Shown here piece by piece: positions 42,137 through 51,438 of a stretch of DNA of 64,000 nt (position 1 is its first letter; every line of letters begins with the position of its first letter). Under the pieces are notes generated by a model that was not told the DNA's origin, did no database searches, and worked only from the letters and a program-made list of their open reading frames with translations. Origin of the DNA: Clostridia bacterium. Lineage in GTDB: Bacteria > Bacillota > DSM-521 > Neomoorellales > JACIYF01. Both the position numbers and the translations under genes were made by a program. Location: the NCBI GenBank assembly GCA_014360065.1, contig JACIYF010000001.1, forward strand, positions 9,176 through 73,175. Direction: 5' to 3'.

Positions 42137-44635
42137 TCACCGTGGCAGTATCAACTCCACCGTTACCTCTTTATCCTTTCCCCCAAGTACCACTAGCTCC
42201 GCCTCGGTTAGGCATCCGTATCCGGTTCTGCAGGTGGAGATAATCCTCTCCCGGGGGATCGCCGCCGCGAACACATATCCGATTTCGCCTTCACTCGGCC
42301 ACGAGAACGACTCGGCAACTTCATAGATTCTCGAGAATGAATTGAGCGGCTGCAGGCTGACTTTTCCCGCCTGCCCTTTGCTGGCGCTCCTGAGCCATTG
42401 GGGTGCCTCCTCGGTCCTGAACGTGTGCCCCCGGTACACCACGACCTTATCGATGCCCCGCCGCTTCAGCTCCTTCTGGGTCCAATTATACATCTCCCTC
42501 AAGATTCTGGCTACGGCCCGCCCGTAGCCATTGACCAATTTATCTGCCTCTTCGCTCGTGTAATCCGGCCAGTGGTCGGTCGGGGCATCGATGCCGAATT
42601 CGATCATCGCCACCTTCTGCATGGCGATCGATTTACTGCTGTTATCGCCCGAGGTGACTGCCCACTGGTGAACTATGTCGTTTACCGCGCTGTAGGCGAT
42701 CCTCTGAATGCCCACTCGCTCCGCCACCGCCGCATCTACCGCCTCCGTGCCTCTTATGAACTTTGCTGCCTCCAGCGCTTCATCCCGGCTGAGCCTCCTG
42801 GCGATGTGTTTCACGAGGGTGTCCTTTGCATACGCGCGCTGTTCGCCGTCTGCGAATCTCTCATCATACTCATCCCTTTTGAGCCTCGGCCACTCGCCGA
42901 CAAACATATCTTTGAGCGCCGACCTCGCCTGCTCCGCTTCATTCCAGGACATCGCCTGCTTGGGCGCTAGGTCCCGCCCTTTGATCTTGGGGCCGACCGG
43001 CTCCCAGAGCCTCCTCGCCTCCACCGCCTTCCCCCATAACGGGGTCCGTTGGATCCTCATCATGCTCCGGTTGACCATGCAGATCCTGGCCCCGTATTTC
43101 CCGTATTTCACTCCGTCATATCCCATAAAGGCCGCATAAGCCGAAGGGACGTTACCAATGTGCTCGAAAATCTCTGCCGCTTCGCCCAGCCCCGCTTCCC
43201 TCAGCCGCCGGGCCATGTCCAACGCCTGATTTCTCTCCGCCATCTCCTTGGCAATATCATCCCACTCCGCGATCTTCGCCGCCGGATCGATCACCACCCT
43301 AAACACTCCGGCAGGCGGAGCAACCGATCTCTCCACAGACTTGGGGTCGATCCATACCCCCGCCATCTGCACATAGGGCGACGATTCCGGGATCAGCCTT
43401 TCGCCGAGGAATTTTTCAATGTCCTCATCCACATCGCTGAGCACCGCCCTGTACTCGGCCCACCCCTGCGCGATTGCGGCATCCACTTCGCCGCTCTCCA
43501 TCACCGCCGCCGGTTTGGTTATCCCTCTCGCCTCCGCCACCGCCAGCGTGATCCGGGCCTGGGGGTCGTCCACGCCGCGCGCTCCATTCCATATTGCGAC
43601 CATCCGCTTGGCATAGTCTATCTCCGCCGCGCTCAGCGGCTCGGGGACCTCCGGCACCTCCACCTCCGCCTCCGGCTTTTCCCGGAAGCTCGGCGGCTTC
43701 ACCCTCACCAGCCCTTCCGCGCACCTGCATCCAGGATGAAGAGGAGGGCCGCCGCTGCCGTCGGGGTATGCCCCGTGCACCTGCGCCCGCTTGTCCTCTC
43801 TCGCCATGCAGAGCGGGCAGAGCCGGTCATCCGGAGTGACGATCCACTTCCTCTCCCACTCCTCCTCTACCAGCAGTCCCGAATCTACCGCCTGCCGCCA
43901 TGCCTCCCGCTGCCCCTCGCACGCCGCCGCGATGGTCTCGGTCCTCGCGATCATCTGCGCCCGCTGCTTGAGCAGTTTCTCCCGGTACTTATCCACCCGC
44001 TTCTGCACTTCTGCCGGGTCGATCCCCTGCCCGAGCTGGGCCCGCTCGTAATTGGCCAGCGCCGCCGCCCTCCTTGGATCGAGCCCGATCATCTGCCTGA
44101 TCTGCTTCGCCTGCTCATAGGGGTGCCCGCCTTCCTCGAAAGCCCTCCTGACCACCACCTTGATCGCATCTTTGGTGTTCTGCCCCACCCCCGCCACCAG
44201 CTCCGCCCCGTGGGCCGCGATCCACTGCAGCGAGCGCGGGTTGCGCATGTCAAAGCTGAGAGCCAGGCGCGGGCCTTTGGGGGCCGCTTTCGCCACCGCT
44301 CCGGGGATTTTCCCCGCGAGATCCTGCATCGCCATCCTGCCCGCCGAAGCTGCGATCTCCCGCATCAGCTCCTCCATCTTCTCCGCAAACTTTTCCTCGA
44401 ACGCGCTCATCCCCGCCGCCGCGAGCGCCGCCTCAGCATCCCCGCGCTCGACCGCCTGCGCCAGCTTATCGAGGTCGGTTTCCTGCCGGGCCGCCGCCAC
44501 CGCCGCGAGGAACGCCCTCTCCACATCCGGGACCGCCGCATCCGCAATGCCGATGATGCGCCGCCACAGCTCTCCCCCGCCTGCCTTCTCAATTCTTTTC
44601 CCATACCTCGCCCTTTCGACCGCCACCAGCGCCAT
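42137..44635 (-). CDS. MuF (SPP1 gp7)-family head morphogenesis protein with C-terminal ADP-ribosyltransferase-like toxin domain
   Basis: 832 aa. MuF core IARTETIAA...DDRLCPLC...PPLHPGCRC. C-terminal R-S-E arrangement: VVVYRG (R735), LNSFS (S766), TEAELV (E811/E813). Confidence 0.75.
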   Translation of the reverse strand: MALVAVERARYGKRIEKAGGGELWRRIIGIADAAVPDVERAFLAAVAAARQETDLDKLAQAVERGDAEAALAAAGMSAFEEKFAEKMEELMREIAASAGRMAMQDLAGKIPGAVAKAAPKGPRLALSFDMRNPRSLQWIAAHGAELVAGVGQNTKDAIKVVVRRAFEEGGHPYEQAKQIRQMIGLDPRRAAALANYERAQLGQGIDPAEVQKRVDKYREKLLKQRAQMIARTETIAAACEGQREAWRQAVDSGLLVEEEWERKWIVTPDDRLCPLCMAREDKRAQVHGAYPDGSGGPPLHPGCRCAEGLVRVKPPSFREKPEAEVEVPEVPEPLSAAEIDYAKRMVAIWNGARGVDDPQARITLAVAEARGITKPAAVMESGEVDAAIAQGWAEYRAVLSDVDEDIEKFLGERLIPESSPYVQMAGVWIDPKSVERSVAPPAGVFRVVIDPAAKIAEWDDIAKEMAERNQALDMARRLREAGLGEAAEIFEHIGNVPSAYAAFMGYDGVKYGKYGARICMVNRSMMRIQRTPLWGKAVEARRLWEPVGPKIKGRDLAPKQAMSWNEAEQARSALKDMFVGEWPRLKRDEYDERFADGEQRAYAKDTLVKHIARRLSRDEALEAAKFIRGTEAVDAAVAERVGIQRIAYSAVNDIVHQWAVTSGDNSSKSIAMQKVAMIEFGIDAPTDHWPDYTSEEADKLVNGYGRAVARILREMYNWTQKELKRRGIDKVVVYRGHTFRTEEAPQWLRSASKGQAGKVSLQPLNSFSRIYEVAESFSWPSEGEIGYVFAAAIPRERIISTCRTGYGCLTEAELVVLGGKDKEVTVELILPR

Positions 44636-44637
44636 TA

Positions 44638-45897
44638 CTACCCCTCGCTCGGGAGATTTGCGACATCGAGCAGATACTTCTCCAGCGCCTCATTCGGGAA
44701 CAGCTGCGCTCCCGCTCCTGCCAGCTTGGAGATGTAATTGCCAAGCTCTTCCAGATCTACATCTTCGATATCCCCGTGCCTGATCTCCGGCAGATTCTCC
44801 AGCTTCCACCCATTCAGCTCGAACAGCCGGGGTACCGCATGGGTGTTGAACACCTCTTCGATCTCATCCAGGTACGCCCCGATCGCCACCGCAAAGAGGT
44901 GGGTTTTCGAGCTCGCCAGCGCAAAGCTCCCCACCTTCTGGACCCCGAGCATGATGAAATCCGCCAGCACCGTCTGCGCGATCCGGGTATCATACCGCTG
45001 GACTATAGCAGTCGTATCGAATTGCCGCCTGCTTCCGGTCGAAAGCAGGGTGAGGTCATACAATTTATTGCCCCGCTCATCATAAACGAGCGGCATGACC
45101 GCCCCCTCCTGCTGATCCCTCTTCATGCCCGTGACCAGCCGCTTGAACGCCTCATAACTCCCCCGCTCCTCCTCGGTCTCCGGGTTCGCGATCTTCTCCG
45201 GCACCCACACCACCGGGAACCCCGCCAGATCCCGCTCGATTCCTATCGCCTCGATCACCTCGATATTCTTCTTAAAATACCAGGGGCGGTACGCATTCCT
45301 CAGCACAGACCGCCCCTCGGGGTTATTCTTGCTCGACTCAGTTCGAAAAAGCAGAGCCTTCTCGATAGGGATATCCGTAAGCCGGTAATCCGGCGGCGCG
45401 AGCTGCTTCATCCCTTGAATGCCGCCATCCTCATCGAAGATCCAAGCATTGAGCGTCTCCTGCGCCCGGATCGGGATCTTCCGCCAGCCGATCCGCCCGT
45501 CATTGTATTTGCTTTTCCTGGTCGGGTCTCGGCTAGCCCCCTCCCTGCGCTTATACACGATCTCGTGGTAAGACCAACCGAACACCAGCATAGAAAGGAT
45601 CTCCGTAACGGTATCATGCCAGGACTGGCTCATGTCGTACATGCACGACTCCAGAAAATCCGCCGCTTCGAGATCTGCCTGTTTCGATCCGCCCGGCTCT
45701 ACCCGCCAGCTCGCCTGCCTGCAAAGCATCTTGATCGCGAACAAGATAGCCCCAATGATGGGATCATCATCCCGCATCTGCTTATACACCTTTACCGCCC
45801 GCGGGCCTCCGAGATCGAGCAGATGTTCCTCATAAACGAGCCCGCCCCACCGCTGCAGCCCGGTAACTCCGATTTCCGCAAAATAATCTTTCGGCAT
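44638..45897 (-). CDS. portal protein (Mu gp29/DUF935-like)
   Basis: 419 aa between the terminase and MuF genes. VKVYKQMRDDDPIIGAILFAIKML...WRVEPGG pattern. Confidence 0.75.
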   Translation of the reverse strand: MPKDYFAEIGVTGLQRWGGLVYEEHLLDLGGPRAVKVYKQMRDDDPIIGAILFAIKMLCRQASWRVEPGGSKQADLEAADFLESCMYDMSQSWHDTVTEILSMLVFGWSYHEIVYKRREGASRDPTRKSKYNDGRIGWRKIPIRAQETLNAWIFDEDGGIQGMKQLAPPDYRLTDIPIEKALLFRTESSKNNPEGRSVLRNAYRPWYFKKNIEVIEAIGIERDLAGFPVVWVPEKIANPETEEERGSYEAFKRLVTGMKRDQQEGAVMPLVYDERGNKLYDLTLLSTGSRRQFDTTAIVQRYDTRIAQTVLADFIMLGVQKVGSFALASSKTHLFAVAIGAYLDEIEEVFNTHAVPRLFELNGWKLENLPEIRHGDIEDVDLEELGNYISKLAGAGAQLFPNEALEKYLLDVANLPSEG

Positions 45898-45898
45898 G

Positions 45899-47119
45899 CT
45901 AACGCCTCCAGACGCTTTCTCTCTCCACTATGCCCGGCCTCAAGACCGGGACAATACCCCGCTCCACTTCCATGACCGCATACCGCATGGCATCCATGAG
46001 GTGGTCATACTCCTTGAGCGGCACATTCGTTCCTTCTTTCCAGCGGTAATTTTCGATCTCATCGAGCCAATTCGGCAGCCCCTTAAAAGCAAAAAGCCGA
46101 TCATTCCGGAACATCCCGGTCACCGTCTCGATCCCGAACTCCACCGCATTATTCGCGCTCCTCGCCGGAAGCTTATGCCGCTTGAAAACCTCGATATTCG
46201 CCGGGCTCTCCGGGTCGCACGCCACCGCATCGATCCGCTCACCCGCCGAGAGCTTTTTTATATCCTCCGCGATCTCCTCTGCGATCCTCCCCTGCCGGTA
46301 ATACTCGCGGTAGATATACAGCTTCCTCCCCGGCGCCACCGCTACCCAGACCGCTGCTGCCGGGTGCTTCTCGCCAAATCCCCAATCTACCCCGATGACC
46401 CGCTTCCACTCCCTGGGTATCGCAAACGGCTGGACCAAATGCTTCTCCTGCCTGAAATCCTGATATATCAAGCCTTCGGGCCGGGTAAACATTCCGAGAT
46501 AAAACATCTTGAACTTCCACTCGGGCATCGTTTTCCGCGCCCGCTCAAATTCTTCGCGGGGATAGGCCGGATTGAGTATGCTCGGAAACTGGGAGACGAA
46601 ATAATCCCTATCCCCCTCTTTCCACTTATCAAAGATTTCGGTTTTGAGCCACCCCAGGTTATACGGGGTGGTCGTGCCCAAAACCTTTCCTTTGTGCAGC
46701 CCCGTCCGCCTCTGGGCCACATCCCACGCCTCGCGCTTCATCTGCCCCGCTTCATCCAGCCACACCGCAATGCAGTGCACGCCTTCGAGCCCGAGAGGCC
46801 GGTCCGCGCTGCCGAAGAACACCTTCCCACCCGTAGGCAGATAATAACACCTTTCGATAGCCTTATACTCGCCGGGCGCGAACTTATCCAGAAATCCCTT
46901 CGCTTCCGGGAACGTCACCCGCGACAGCAGCGAATAAGTGGGGGCCACCACCAAATAATTTCCGCGCGGGTGCCGCTGGATCTCGCGATACATCCAGATC
47001 GGGCCAAACCAGGTCTTGCCGCCGCCCGTGCCCGCTACCAGGAAAACATAACGCGCATCACTCTTCCACGCCCGGGTCTGCCCCGGATGCAGCTTGATCC
47101 GCGCCTTTCTCCTCCTCAT
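45899..47119 (-). CDS. terL: terminase large subunit
   Basis: Walker A AGTGGGKT, Walker B IAVWLDEAG, and nuclease-domain VIGVDWGFG. Confidence 0.85.
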   Translation of the reverse strand: MRRRKARIKLHPGQTRAWKSDARYVFLVAGTGGGKTWFGPIWMYREIQRHPRGNYLVVAPTYSLLSRVTFPEAKGFLDKFAPGEYKAIERCYYLPTGGKVFFGSADRPLGLEGVHCIAVWLDEAGQMKREAWDVAQRRTGLHKGKVLGTTTPYNLGWLKTEIFDKWKEGDRDYFVSQFPSILNPAYPREEFERARKTMPEWKFKMFYLGMFTRPEGLIYQDFRQEKHLVQPFAIPREWKRVIGVDWGFGEKHPAAAVWVAVAPGRKLYIYREYYRQGRIAEEIAEDIKKLSAGERIDAVACDPESPANIEVFKRHKLPARSANNAVEFGIETVTGMFRNDRLFAFKGLPNWLDEIENYRWKEGTNVPLKEYDHLMDAMRYAVMEVERGIVPVLRPGIVERESVWRR

Positions 47120-47567
47120 CCAGCACCACTTCCAGTATCGGCGGCAGGGTCACCTCCTGCTTTCCGATCTCGGTCGGCTCGCCACGGCTCAACCGTTCTA
47201 CCTTCACGGCCACATCGAACCACTTCACCAGATCGCCGGGCGACAGCTCAGACGGATCCAGCTCTGCCAGCCTTTCCAGCACCCGCTGCTGGAAAGCCAC
47301 CGCCGCCCGCGCATGCCTATCTACCATCTCCAAACGCGCCTGCTCCTGAGCCTCCCGCGCCCGCCGGTCCAGCTCATCATCCCACGCCTCCGCCCGAGCC
47401 ACCCACGACCAGCGCACGCTCCACCTCTGCAGCAGAACCTTGGATTTGCGCAACTGCTGAGATACTTTCGCCAGACTGCGGGCCGGCCCCATATCCCTAT
47501 ACGCACAGAAAGCCTGATACGCCTTTCTGCTCTCTCCCTTTTGCCTCTCCCATAACTCCATCCTCAC
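47058..47567 (-). CDS. terS: terminase small subunit
   Basis: 169 aa. HTH-like N-terminus (ESRKAYQAFCAYRDMGPARSLAKVSQQL). Overlaps the terL start. Confidence 0.6.
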   Translation of the reverse strand: MRMELWERQKGESRKAYQAFCAYRDMGPARSLAKVSQQLRKSKVLLQRWSVRWSWVARAEAWDDELDRRAREAQEQARLEMVDRHARAAVAFQQRVLERLAELDPSELSPGDLVKWFDVAVKVERLSRGEPTEIGKQEVTLPPILEVVLDEEEKGADQAASGADPGVEE

Positions 47568-48292
47568 ACACCCCTAACCGGGGGATTGATCCGGGGATTA
47601 ACCGAATCCTTCCTGAGCTTCACGATCTTTCTGCCCCACTTCTCCTGCAGAAGCCGCGCCTGTTCGAATTCCGCCCCACTTGACCGGTAAGCCGTAAGCC
47701 CACCGGGGTTATCGAGATGCTCGCAATCATAAGCTAGATAATTAAGCCTCAACACCCGGCGGTAGCGCCTTAACTGCTGCAGGGTCATATCATAATCCTC
47801 TTTGAGCGGCAGCCGTTCGTCATATCTGAGCGGGTGCCTGATATGGCAGCACACGGTAGCCAATATCGGCCTCACCAACGAAAACGGCTCATCGATGCGG
47901 TAAGCCATGGGATCATTCAACACCTGCATCCCCCAATAGCGCGCCCCTACATCCTCCGCCAGTCCAAAACCTTCCAGCAGATAATGAGCCGCCTCCGCCT
48001 CGCCCAGATCCCTCTGCATTCCCGGCCCCAACCTCTGCAGGCAGCGCACATCATCATCCGCCATTACCAGCCGCCGATCTTCGCCGAAGAACCGCTCCAT
48101 GATCCAGTTCCTTACTGCCGCGATATTCCCCAGCAGCCGATCAGGGTAGGCCACAACCTCGCCGCCCTCTTTTTCGACATACTCATCGAGTTCGCTCTCC
48201 GGCACCGCCAATATCGCCTGCGGAGCCCACTTCCGGGTCACCACATTCCCTGCCCGGTGGCAGCTAGGTATCACCATCAGCATCCCGCTCAT
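47564..48292 (-). CDS. GT-A-like glycosyltransferase-fold protein (tentative)
   Basis: 242 aa. MVIPSCHR N-terminus and an MADDD (DxD-like) block. The call is low-certainty and motif-level only. Confidence 0.35.
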   Translation of the reverse strand: MSGMLMVIPSCHRAGNVVTRKWAPQAILAVPESELDEYVEKEGGEVVAYPDRLLGNIAAVRNWIMERFFGEDRRLVMADDDVRCLQRLGPGMQRDLGEAEAAHYLLEGFGLAEDVGARYWGMQVLNDPMAYRIDEPFSLVRPILATVCCHIRHPLRYDERLPLKEDYDMTLQQLRRYRRVLRLNYLAYDCEHLDNPGGLTAYRSSGAEFEQARLLQEKWGRKIVKLRKDSVNPRINPPVRGV

Positions 48293-48998
48293 CCTCGCCC
48301 TGCAGCCTATAGCCCTTCGCCGCCAGAAACTCTATCACCGGCGCGCCTCTCATGATCCGCCCGCAGCCCAGCTTTTTCTGTCCGAGCTCCCTGCGCACCC
48401 GCTCCGAATCCCATTTGCCCCATCTGATATTAACCCGCTCCTTTATCCCCAGCACCTGCCACGCCTTGAGCCTGTCCAGCTCATTATCGAAATACAGCAC
48501 CACATAATCATGCCGCTCGCCCAGCTCCTCGACCCATTCCTCCACTCCTTCGCGCTTCTGCCCTTTCTCCTCCATGCGCTCGAGCAACTTCCTTATCTCC
48601 TTCTCCCCGAAGCCGCTGAGCTCTACATCCACCGCTTCCGATTTAGAGAGCTCCTGCAGAAGCTCCGCCAGTTTCTCCTCATCCCGCTCGCCCTGGATCT
48701 TGTTCAGCGCCAGGTTGAGCGCCTTTTCCTTTTCGGGATCCAGGTCCACCACACTTACCTCAGCCTCCTCGATCCCGAGTTCCATCAGCACATTTAACCG
48801 CTGGTGCCCGCCCACCACATTGCCGGTCCTCTCATTCCACACGATCGGGTCCACATACCCGAATTCGACTATCGACCGCCTCAGCCGCTCATACTCCCGA
48901 TCGCCCGGCTTCAGCTTCTTTCTCGGGTTATACGGGGCCGGGGCCAAATCCGCCAGCCTTTTCCTTTCGATCCGCATAGCGACCTGCACTCTAAACAC
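48264..48998 (-). CDS. ParB N-terminal (ParB/Srx nuclease-like) domain protein without the usual methylase domain
   Basis: LAPAPYNPRK...SIVEFGYVDPIVWNERTGNVVGGHQRL..., then SGFGEKEIRKLL. The C-terminal 110 aa are uncharacterized. The start may be ATG 48977. Confidence 0.65.
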   Translation of the reverse strand: MFRVQVAMRIERKRLADLAPAPYNPRKKLKPGDREYERLRRSIVEFGYVDPIVWNERTGNVVGGHQRLNVLMELGIEEAEVSVVDLDPEKEKALNLALNKIQGERDEEKLAELLQELSKSEAVDVELSGFGEKEIRKLLERMEEKGQKREGVEEWVEELGERHDYVVLYFDNELDRLKAWQVLGIKERVNIRWGKWDSERVRRELGQKKLGCGRIMRGAPVIEFLAAKGYRLQGEDERDADGDT

Positions 48999-49004
48999 CT
49001 CACT

Positions 49005-49230
49005 AAAAACCGAGAGGGCGCGCCTTTTACAGCACGCCCTCCCTTTAAGGGCTCCGAGGAGGCATTGGGGGAATAGCTTGACCCGCCTCTATTTTACCCC
49101 AAAACCGACAGCAAGAACTGCCTATAGACCCCCGAAAACCCGCCATTTTCGCGCCCAAGCAAAAAGCCCCGAAGCTCAATATTTTCAATGCCCGAAGCCA
49201 TCTTCCCCCGCCTGAAAATCCGCCAATTTT
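49005..49230 (-). promoter_or_regulatory. late-operon leader: three AAAAT-N-GGCGG repeats and a hairpin/T-tract upstream of the ParB-like gene
   Basis: Plus-strand copies CCGCCAATTTT (49205..49230 block), CCGCCATTTT (49128..49150 block) and CCGCCTCTATTTT (~49083..49096). Hairpin GAGGGCG...CGCCCTC at 49014..49041 with a T-tract (minus sense) at 49005..49009. Confidence 0.4.
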
Positions 49231-49675
49231 ACGCGCTCAACTTATCGAGAAATTTCCTGAGCTCTCTGACATCCTCTTCCGCCACCCTGCCGACCGCCTG
49301 CATGACCGCTTCCCTCACTTCCTCCACCCTTCGCTCTACCGTCCTCTGGCTGAGATACAGCCTCCTCGCAATCTCTCTGTGTCTCAATCCCACCCGGTAC
49401 TTGAGCCGGTAGATCTTCCTCTGCTCGGGGTGCAGCGCCCTGAGCGCCCTCTCCGCCGCATCCACTACCGCCAGCACCGCCGCCCGCCTGACCGCTACCC
49501 TCTCCACCGCGCTGCCGGGCCTCCACTTCCCTGAGCGCCCGAGAACCACCAGCCCTCCCCCCGAATTCGGCAGGATTTCATCCGCTGCCTTCCTGAGCTC
49601 TGGCAAATGCCTCAGCACCCAATCCACGAACTTGACGCTCACCTCTGCCACGCTCTCACCCCCGGGGGCAGCCAT
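49229..49675 (-). CDS. ArpU/sigma-70 region-4-like late transcription regulator
   Basis: C-terminal LHPEQRKIYRLKYRVGLRHREIARRLYLSQRTVERRV. The start is taken at MAAPGG, because the upstream part of the track ORF is Gly-rich and overlaps recU. Confidence 0.6.
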   Translation of the reverse strand: MAAPGGESVAEVSVKFVDWVLRHLPELRKAADEILPNSGGGLVVLGRSGKWRPGSAVERVAVRRAAVLAVVDAAERALRALHPEQRKIYRLKYRVGLRHREIARRLYLSQRTVERRVEEVREAVMQAVGRVAEEDVRELRKFLDKLSA

Positions 49676-50163
49676 AGATCCACAGTTGCCAAATAATCCA
49701 CCGCCGCCCGCTCGGTCTGTCGGACCTCCCAATATCCCCTCGCCACCTCCGCGCCAAACGAGCCCTTTCCCTTTCTCATCTGCTCCCGCCAGAACAACCA
49801 CGGGACCGCCCACCATCTTCCCTCCACCTCGGCCAAGATAAACGCGATGCCGCCGCATTCATACCACCGATCCAAGAACCGGGCCTGATGCTCCTCCACC
49901 CGCTTCCAGCTAATCCTTCCGGTTTCCGAATGTTTGGCATCAAATGCGATCCCGCACCCCCTGTACATGCCGAGGAAATCCACCGCCGCCTTCTCCTCGA
50001 CCTTCGCGCCCCAGATTTTCCCGCTCCTGTTCCTGAGCGGGATCCAAGCGGTAGGTACTTTATGCACTACCGCCAGCCCCCGCTCGAAATACTGCCGGTT
50101 TGCCAGCTTGATCAGCTCCTCGAACGCCCTGCCTCGATTTGCATGCCCGAGCAAACCAGCCAC
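49639..50163 (-). CDS. recU: RecU-type Holliday junction resolvase
   Basis: 174 aa. NRGRAFEELI..ANRQY...AVVHKVPT...VDFLGMY.G..IAFDAKH....EEHQ...L...GGIAFIL follows the RecU block order. Confidence 0.75.
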   Translation of the reverse strand: MAGLLGHANRGRAFEELIKLANRQYFERGLAVVHKVPTAWIPLRNRSGKIWGAKVEEKAAVDFLGMYRGCGIAFDAKHSETGRISWKRVEEHQARFLDRWYECGGIAFILAEVEGRWWAVPWLFWREQMRKGKGSFGAEVARGYWEVRQTERAAVDYLATVDLWLPPGVRAWQR

Positions 50164-50190
50164 CTCCGCATTCTCCTAAAACCAACGCCA

Positions 50191-51024
50191 TCAATCCCAT
50201 TCGGGGAGCCGATTTTTAGTAAGCCGGTAGTTATACGCAGCATAGATCGCCCGCGCCGCGCCGACAGAAGCATGTCCACCCAAAACCTGCGCATAAGACT
50301 GCGCCTGCCTGTTCAATTCCGATACAGATGTTTTTCTCAGCCTTTTGATCAGCCATGCGGTATCAGCCTTCGGAAACCGCTTGAGAAACATCCTTACCCC
50401 GAGAAAGATCTGCCCTTTCAGCGACTCCGGGTCTCCATCCCAAGCCCGATTTATTACATCAAGCACCCTATCCAGCATCCTCTCTCCATCTTCGCGATAA
50501 ATCTGCTCAAGGGCACCCACCGCCGCAATGCATCGCGGCATGCCCGATCCGCCCCGCGAATACTGATACTCGATCACAAACCCATGCCTTTTCGCAATAG
50601 CGAGAATTCGCCTTGCTTCCCCATCCCCCGCTACCAATTTCGCTTTAAATCTCTGCAGCGCCGATACCGGTCCGCGATTGGCGTTGAAGTAATAAAACAG
50701 CCGCGCCTCCTCTTCCCTTGAGAGCCCTATATACACCCGACACTGCACCTTCTTTATGCCCATCCGCTTCGCCGCTTCGAGCCGGTGCTGCCCGTCCAGC
50801 ACCCACAAGCTCCCATCCTCCCGCATGCTCACATAAATCATCCCGATAGCGCGCAGGTCGAAATCCTTCATGATCGCCCGAACTTTTGTCTCCGATAGCG
50901 CCCGCTGGTAGCGGACATCTGTTTCGATCTGCTCGACATCACAGAAATCCACGAACGAATCCCGCTCGTGATCCGCAAGCTCTTCTCTCTCAATATTTTT
51001 CACATTCGCCAGATTACCCTCCAT
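50191..51024 (-). CDS. ParB/DGQHR-domain protein
   Basis: 277 aa with WVLDGQHRLEAAKRMG. Confidence 0.6.
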   Translation of the reverse strand: MEGNLANVKNIEREELADHERDSFVDFCDVEQIETDVRYQRALSETKVRAIMKDFDLRAIGMIYVSMREDGSLWVLDGQHRLEAAKRMGIKKVQCRVYIGLSREEEARLFYYFNANRGPVSALQRFKAKLVAGDGEARRILAIAKRHGFVIEYQYSRGGSGMPRCIAAVGALEQIYREDGERMLDRVLDVINRAWDGDPESLKGQIFLGVRMFLKRFPKADTAWLIKRLRKTSVSELNRQAQSYAQVLGGHASVGAARAIYAAYNYRLTKNRLPEWD

Positions 51025-51051
51025 GACGTCCTGCCTCCTCTCGCGCCTGCC

Positions 51052-51438
51052 TCACAGCGCCGCTCTCGCGCGCTTCTTCGCCATCCTCGCCGCATAGACC
51101 TCGCTGTTCAGCCACAAACCCTCGCGCACTTTCTCGATCCTGCCGCTCGACACAAACTCCTCGAAATACCGCCTGAAATCCTCCCGATCCCGCCTGAGCT
51201 CCCGCGCAATCTCCGCCGGCGACATCCCATCCTCATCCAGAAAAAGCACCACCAGCACATCGGTTGCCGGGGTATAGGGCCGTACAGGGGCCAATATCTC
51301 CTTTTTCGCCGCCGCCTTCTTGCACTCCCGGCACAACGAAGAATACCCATACCCCCGCTTCTTCTTCCAGCGATAAAACCCGCTCAGCGGGAGCACCCGC
51401 CCGCATGCCGGGCACCGCTTAGTCCTCTCCCGGGTCAA
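51052..51438 (-). CDS. zinc-ribbon plus HTH-like protein
   Basis: 128 aa with CPACG...CRECK, then MSPAEIARELRR. Confidence 0.45.
   Translation of the reverse strand: MTRERTKRCPACGRVLPLSGFYRWKKKRGYGYSSLCRECKKAAAKKEILAPVRPYTPATDVLVVLFLDEDGMSPAEIARELRRDREDFRRYFEEFVSSGRIEKVREGLWLNSEVYAARMAKKRARAAL

Noticed and set aside
45896-47683. 595-aa plus-strand ORF (with similar ones at 44776..45975 and 43049..44737)
   Set aside because: They run antisense to the strongly supported terminase, portal and MuF genes. Their translations are Pro/Arg/His/Leu-rich low-complexity sequence with no motifs. This is the typical stop-poor shadow frame seen in GC-rich coding DNA.
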